A stretch of 12,579 nt of DNA, taken from Nitrospinaceae bacterium (GTDB taxonomy: Bacteria > Nitrospinota > Nitrospinia > Nitrospinales > VA-1). A program made the translations under genes and the position numbers. Positions 8,593 through 12,579 of the stretch are shown piece after piece; within the stretch, counting starts at the first letter, position 1; each line of letters begins with the position of its first letter. Under the pieces are notes generated by a model. It saw only the letters and a program-made list of their open reading frames with translations. It had not been told where the DNA came from and ran no database searches. The stretch spans positions 1-12,579 of the forward strand of contig JBHHVU010000074.1 in assembly GCA_046754465.1 (NCBI GenBank). The letters are read 5' to 3'.

Positions 8593-8742
8593 TTACATCA
8601 GAAAATAAAAAATCACGGCGGGAATGGATGCGCCGCAAAGCGAGGCGGCGATCGTTTTCATGATGAATTGTCCGGTTCCGTAAGAATCCTTGCTCTGCAT
8701 CAAATCCGAGGGGATGGGGTAACTGACTTTAACTTTTTCCAT
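8593..8742 (-). CDS. Small putative membrane protein, 49 aa (not in ORF track)
   Basis: MEKVKVSYPIPSDLMQSKDSYGTGQFIMKTIAASLCGASIPAVIFYFLM*. C-terminal hydrophobic segment. GGAAGG/AGGA upstream. Alternative in-frame ATG at 8769. Confidence 0.6.
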   Translation of the reverse strand: MEKVKVSYPIPSDLMQSKDSYGTGQFIMKTIAASLCGASIPAVIFYFLM

Positions 8743-8936
8743 GATCCTGAACCTTCCAAAAAATCCCATGACCGAATTTACATTAACAAGCTACCTGGTT
8801 ATGATAACGGCAGGAAGCCTGGCAAACTTTAAGAGGAATTTCAGTAATTATTTTTAGTAAGTTATACTTTTGTGGCGGCGGGTATTATATTTAATCAGAG
8901 AGGGACGGCCCCTGAATCCCGTTGGAGGATTTTCTT

Positions 8937-9548
8937 ATGATGGTTCAAAGGGTTAGCATGGAGCCGATGGTGCGGGCTATTTGTGTTCTCGCGGGATTTT
9001 CGATCCTAACTGGGGGGTGTGTTTCTTTTTTGCCCAGCGCCAGGCAAAATACGGGATTCCGCTGGGCAACTTTTGAAGAAGCCAAAACCGCCTTTGAAAA
9101 AATTGTGCCTTTCCAAACCAATTCGGAAGACCTCAGGAAACTGGGGTTCGATCCCTTCGTCTCTCCCAATATAAGAATTCTAACCTACCTGGACATCATT
9201 CAAAAATTCACGCCAAACCCCTCGTTTAAAAAGGAGGACCTGGATCAGGAACTGGTCGAGTGTCTCGACGCCAAAAAAGCCTGCACGGCTTATGAAGTTT
9301 CCTTACAGAGGATTCAACAGAAGCGATACGGAAATTTCTTTCTCGACCTACTGGGTTTTAAGAGGAAAACCCGGAAAATGGGATGGGAGTTTCACGCATT
9401 CGTGGTACTAAAAAAAGGCGTGGTGGTTTATAAAGTGTGGAGCGGCAGACCCAAGATCCAGGAGAGCAGCGAAAAAAAGAATCCGTTGGGACCCTTCCAG
9501 GAACCCGAATCCATCATTTCCAGGGTACCCACGGGATCCCTTTTTTAA
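8937..9548 (+). CDS. Lipoprotein of unknown function
   Basis: GGAGG (8924-8928) 8 nt before ATG 8937. Basic then hydrophobic signal VRAICVLAGFSILTGG-C with a lipobox-like Cys. Soluble mature domain with a C-x6-C pair. Confidence 0.85.
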   Translation: MMVQRVSMEPMVRAICVLAGFSILTGGCVSFLPSARQNTGFRWATFEEAKTAFEKIVPFQTNSEDLRKLGFDPFVSPNIRILTYLDIIQKFTPNPSFKKEDLDQELVECLDAKKACTAYEVSLQRIQQKRYGNFFLDLLGFKRKTRKMGWEFHAFVVLKKGVVVYKVWSGRPKIQESSEKKNPLGPFQEPESIISRVPTGSLF

Positions 9549-9614
9549 TGGGAAAAACTGTAGTTGCACCCGTTTTCCCGCGAAATTCCCCTGAATGGAA
9601 AATTTTCCCGTTTA

Positions 9615-9623
9615 TGGTAGGAT
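9615..9623 (+). promoter_or_regulatory. Possible extended -10 promoter for the small lipoprotein
   Basis: TGGTAGGAT (TGn-TAGGAT) about 55 nt upstream of ATG 9678. Confidence 0.4.
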
Positions 9624-9677
9624 TACCGGGGCAATTGAACATGAGCCGATCATCAACAAAAAAAGGTGAGGAGGAAA

Positions 9678-9839
9678 ATGAGAAATTTAATGAAAGTAGT
9701 TATGGGCCTGGTAATTATTTTGCTTTTGGCTGGGGCCGCGGGATGTAAGGAAAAGGGTCCGGCGGAGAAGGCCGGGGAAAAAGTCGATAAGGCCCTGGAC
9801 CAGGCGGGAAACAAAGTAAATGATTTGCTCGGAAAATAA
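9678..9839 (+). CDS. Small lipoprotein, 53 aa (not in ORF track)
   Basis: MRNLMKVVMGLVIILLLAGAAG-CKEKGPAEKAGEKVDKALDQAGNKVNDLLGK*. Strong GAGGAGG SD directly upstream, lipobox AAGC, amphipathic helical mature part. Confidence 0.9.
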   Translation: MRNLMKVVMGLVIILLLAGAAGCKEKGPAEKAGEKVDKALDQAGNKVNDLLGK

Positions 9840-9884
9840 AAAGGCCCCTGTGGGAATTTTTATTGCGGGAAGTCGGGACCTGGC

Positions 9885-9997
9885 CCGGCTTTTGCCGAAG
9901 CCCATTACAATCTCGGCAACGCTTATTCCGGAATGGGCAACAGGACTTGGCCGTTGCTTCATACAAACGTGTGGTGGAACTCAACCCGTTAATTTAA
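9885..9997 (+). pseudogene. Frameshifted tetratricopeptide-repeat (TPR) remnant
   Basis: 9885-9938 reads PAFAEAHYNLGNAYSGMG. After a 2-nt codon (9939-9940) the next frame reads QDLAVASYKRVVELNP(LI*). Restoring one base gives an exact TPR register (L7 G8 Y11 G15 A20 Y24 P32). Confidence 0.75.
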
Positions 9998-11226
9998 AAC
10001 CGCGGCTGAGAAGATTCCTGCTCCACCCTTTCGAGGGCCCCCGGCTTTTCTTTTGCCAGCCATCTGTCTCCCGTGACCGATATGCCGATGGCCCCCAGGG
10101 GGGCGGTGAGGAGGATGGAGAGGACCGCCAGGGCCAGGATGGTTTCGCCGCCCGCCACTCCCATCTCAAGCGGCACGGCGCCTATGGCGGCCTGAACGGT
10201 GGCCTTGGGAATATAGGAAATAACGCAAAACAGCTTTTCCTTTAAATTAAGGTCGGTGCCCCATAACGACAGGTAAGTCCCCAGGCTTCGCGCTATCAAG
10301 GCCGTGAATATCAGGAAAGCGCCGGATAGTCCGGCATCCCACGCCACACTAATGTTTACCTGCGCCCCCACCAGAACGAACAAAAGGATTTCGGCAAAAA
10401 TCCATACCTTGGCCAGTTTTTTGGAGATCTTATGGGCGCGGATTTCAGCCCTTTCCAAAATGACAAAACCGATGGTCATCACCCCCAGCAAGGCGGACAT
10501 GGCCACTCTGGATTTCAGCACCTCTTCCAACCACGTCAGGACAATGGAAATGGATAATACCATCAAGGTCATTTTTGTGGCCCGGGGGGTAAAGCGTTTA
10601 AAAAGTTGGCACAGGATATATCCCACAATGCCGCCAATGAGTATTCCCAATAATATGGATTCGGGAATCTCCAGAAGTTTATGAAAGAGATTTGCTCCCG
10701 TCCCCATTTCCATTCCAAGGAGAATGGTGAAGATGACAATCACGAATACGTCATCCACCGAGGAAGCGCTCAAAATGAGGGTGGGGATGCCTTTATTCGT
10801 GCCTCTTTTCTCGTCGATTAAATTCAACATCAAGGGAACCACCACGGCGGGGGAAACCGCCGCCAGGATCGAACCCAGGATCGCGGCCTGGAAATAACTG
10901 ATGTCAAAAAACAGGGGCGCCATGAATGTGATCGCAACCGCCTCGAACAGGGCGGGGACGACCGACATTAAAAGGGCGGTCTTGCCGACCCGGTTCAGGG
11001 TATCCCTTTTGAGTTCCAATCCCGCTCTTAACAGAATGACGATGAGGGCCACCATTCTTAAATCCGCCGATATTTTCAAAAGTTCGGGTTGCATGAGGTT
11101 CAGGATAAAGGGCCCGCACAAAATACCCACGAAGAGCATACCCAGGAGCCCCGGCAACTGGATTTTTCTAAACAGGTAATCGGAAAAAAGTCCCAGAAGA
11201 ATAATGAGCGCTAAACTGACAGCCAT
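9994..11226 (-). CDS. Cation:proton antiporter, NHA2/SLC9B-like (Na_H_Exchanger superfamily)
   Basis: About 13 hydrophobic segments with motifs LRMVALIVILLRAGLEL, AAVSPAVVVP, GIPTLILSASSVDDVF, IPKATVQAAIG and LTAPLG. True start is ATG 11226 (GGAG SD at 11237-11234, 7-nt spacing). The track's longer N-terminus is the riboswitch leader. Confidence 0.92.
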   Translation of the reverse strand: MAVSLALIILLGLFSDYLFRKIQLPGLLGMLFVGILCGPFILNLMQPELLKISADLRMVALIVILLRAGLELKRDTLNRVGKTALLMSVVPALFEAVAITFMAPLFFDISYFQAAILGSILAAVSPAVVVPLMLNLIDEKRGTNKGIPTLILSASSVDDVFVIVIFTILLGMEMGTGANLFHKLLEIPESILLGILIGGIVGYILCQLFKRFTPRATKMTLMVLSISIVLTWLEEVLKSRVAMSALLGVMTIGFVILERAEIRAHKISKKLAKVWIFAEILLFVLVGAQVNISVAWDAGLSGAFLIFTALIARSLGTYLSLWGTDLNLKEKLFCVISYIPKATVQAAIGAVPLEMGVAGGETILALAVLSILLTAPLGAIGISVTGDRWLAKEKPGALERVEQESSQPRF

Positions 11227-11327
11227 GAACAAACTCCGGGTATAGGTGAATAAGGAATTTCTCGGAGGAGGGAAAGGCGGTAAGCATTCAGACCGGAACC
11301 CCCTCGCCATGGAGAAATAATTAATAA

Positions 11328-11386
11328 GCGAAGGAGTCATCAGCCACTAAGGCGGGCGGTTCAAAGGAGAACTCCATCTCCTGCAA
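11328..11386 (-). ncRNA. Fluoride riboswitch (crcB motif)
   Basis: Minus strand GGAGATGGAGTTCTCCtttgAACCGCccgccttagtgGCTGATGACTCCT. P1 is GGAGA(11381-11377)/TCTCC(11370-11366). Loop GGAGT forms a pseudoknot with ACTCC(11337-11333). Conserved AACCGC and GCTGATGAC elements and a small GCC/GGC hairpin are present. Located in the 5' leader of the antiporter. Confidence 0.93.
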
Positions 11387-11397
11387 CCTTTTCTCCC

Positions 11398-11406
11398 ATG
11401 TTATCA
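11398..11406 (-). promoter_or_regulatory. Extended -10 promoter driving the riboswitch-antiporter transcript
   Basis: Minus strand TGATAACAT (TGn-TAACAT). It predicts a start near 11391, about 10 nt before aptamer P1. Confidence 0.55.
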
Positions 11407-11685
11407 AAAGCCCCCCCCGAAGAAAAGAGGGAAAGGCTTTCCTTGACTACATCTTAAGAATTAAGCCGTTACGGAAACACTTGCCCTTTTTCTAAACCCC
11501 CCTTCCCTTTTTTTCCGGCCCCGCAGTTTTTGTTTTTCCAGCATTACTTTTAAATTTTCCAATACCTTCAAACTTTATATTGGCAAAAACCGGGGGAAGC
11601 ACGTAAATTCGATTAGAGCAGTGATCTTCACGCCCCATTCGTAAATAGGGTCATAAAAGGTCAACTTTGGCTAAGGGGAGGTGCC

Positions 11686-12081
11686 ATGCCCACAGGAAAA
11701 ATTTTAATTGTCGATGATGATGAAGATATCCGGGAAACGATTAAATTGGCGCTGCAAAACGGGGGTTACAAGGCTTTAGAAGCCGGGGATGGGGAAGAGG
11801 CTATTAATATTCTTCACGATGGCGACAATATGTTGAATGTGCCAATAATTTTGTGCGATATTCGGATGCCCAAAGTCAATGGTATTGAATGTATTGAATT
11901 TTTAAGAAGAGAAGCACCCGGGATTCAGATCGTTGTTATTACCGGCTATCCGGACCCTAAAATGGCCGCGGAATTAAAGGCCAAGGGAATAAAGGAGTAT
12001 CTTGTGAAACCCATCGAAAGTCGAAAATTGATGGCTATCGTGGACCAACTGGTTTCCAGGGGAAAAGATTTCGATTTTTGA
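11686..12081 (+). CDS. Single-domain response regulator (CheY-like receiver)
   Basis: KILIVDDDEDIR acidic pocket, phosphoacceptor in LCDIRMPKVNG, VVITGY and YLVKP. No output domain. GGAGG SD upstream. Confidence 0.95.
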   Translation: MPTGKILIVDDDEDIRETIKLALQNGGYKALEAGDGEEAINILHDGDNMLNVPIILCDIRMPKVNGIECIEFLRREAPGIQIVVITGYPDPKMAAELKAKGIKEYLVKPIESRKLMAIVDQLVSRGKDFDF

Positions 12082-12153
12082 TTGAATTTTTAATGACTGG
12101 GATAAAAATAAAGGGATCAAATCCCAGGGCCGGATGCCCAAAAGGTTTGGATC

Positions 12154-12561
12154 ATGGAATTAAAGGGAGTGCATCATATCGGAATGAACGTCCGGAATCT
12201 GGACCGGGCAGAAAGTTTTTACACGGAGGTTCTGGGATTCCGGGTGACGGAACGGTATGCGGAGGAAATCCGGCATCTGATGCTGGACACGGGAAGCGCC
12301 GGGGTTCATCTTTTTGAGTCGCCGGAGCTGGATATGAAAGACGCCGTCTCCTGTTTGAGCGAACAGGGATACGCGCACCTGGCTTTCGAAACGACGCGTG
12401 AGAAATTTCCTTCAGTCATCCGGGAATTGAAGGATAAAAAGGTAGCCATCGACAAGGGACCGATTGTGCTGGGCCGCGGGGAGTCAATTCATTTCAGGGA
12501 CCCGGATGGCAACCATCTCGAAATCCGCTGTCCCGCCCTGCTTTCCGGGAAGTGTATTTAA
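12154..12561 (+). CDS. VOC (glyoxalase/bleomycin resistance/dioxygenase) family protein
   Basis: GVHHIGMNVRNLDRAESFYTEVLGF, VHLF, AHLAF and IHFRDPDGNHLEI. Putative metal ligands H/H/H/E. Confidence 0.93.
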   Translation: MELKGVHHIGMNVRNLDRAESFYTEVLGFRVTERYAEEIRHLMLDTGSAGVHLFESPELDMKDAVSCLSEQGYAHLAFETTREKFPSVIRELKDKKVAIDKGPIVLGRGESIHFRDPDGNHLEIRCPALLSGKCI

Positions 12562-12579
12562 CGGAGCCCCGGTTCCAGG

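Noticed and set aside
8444..8638. 64-aa minus ORF overlapping the VanZ start, suggesting a frameshifted longer gene
   Set aside because: The VanZ TTG has its own well-spaced AGGAG, and the 8742-8593 ORF explains the upstream sequence better.
8820..8834. TGGCA sigma54-like -24 element (also at 11581)
   Set aside because: No GC dinucleotide at the -12 position in either case.
11227..11340. 38-aa N-terminal extension of the antiporter given by the ORF track
   Set aside because: It starts inside the riboswitch aptamer and has no SD. ATG 11226 has an SD and begins the first transmembrane helix.
11452..11475. Short palindromes TCTTAAGA and CCGTTACGG
   Set aside because: Too short to distinguish from chance, and no recognisable operator consensus.
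12097..12153. Small alternative hairpins upstream of the VOC gene (CTGGGAT/ATCCCAG, GGGC/GCCC)
   Set aside because: Short stems, no U-tract and no match to a riboswitch I recognise; insufficient support.
1..12579. CRISPR arrays, tRNA/rRNA genes, IS elements, integrases
   Set aside because: No regularly spaced repeats, cloverleafs, terminal inverted repeats or recombinase motifs were seen.

Overview
Bacterial chromosomal window. The GC-rich left half is housekeeping: alaS (minus strand, runs off the left edge, absent from the ORF track), kdsD (KpsF/GutQ, SIS + CBS) and a divergent polA with back-to-back promoters, followed by a short secretin-like protein. The right half is more AT-rich and looks accessory. 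It holds a hypothetical protein with a degenerate HEPN-like pattern, a VanZ-family membrane protein, two small ORFs missed by the track (a 49-aa membrane peptide and a 53-aa lipoprotein), a conserved-looking lipoprotein, a frameshifted single-TPR relic, an orphan receiver-domain response regulator and a VOC-family protein. The most notable element is a fluoride (crcB-class) riboswitch with a readable promoter and a plausible Shine-Dalgarno (SD)-sequestering expression platform. It sits upstream of an NHA2/SLC9B-like cation:proton antiporter rather than a Fluc or CLC-F exporter. All calls come from reading the sequence by eye; no searches or folding programs were run.
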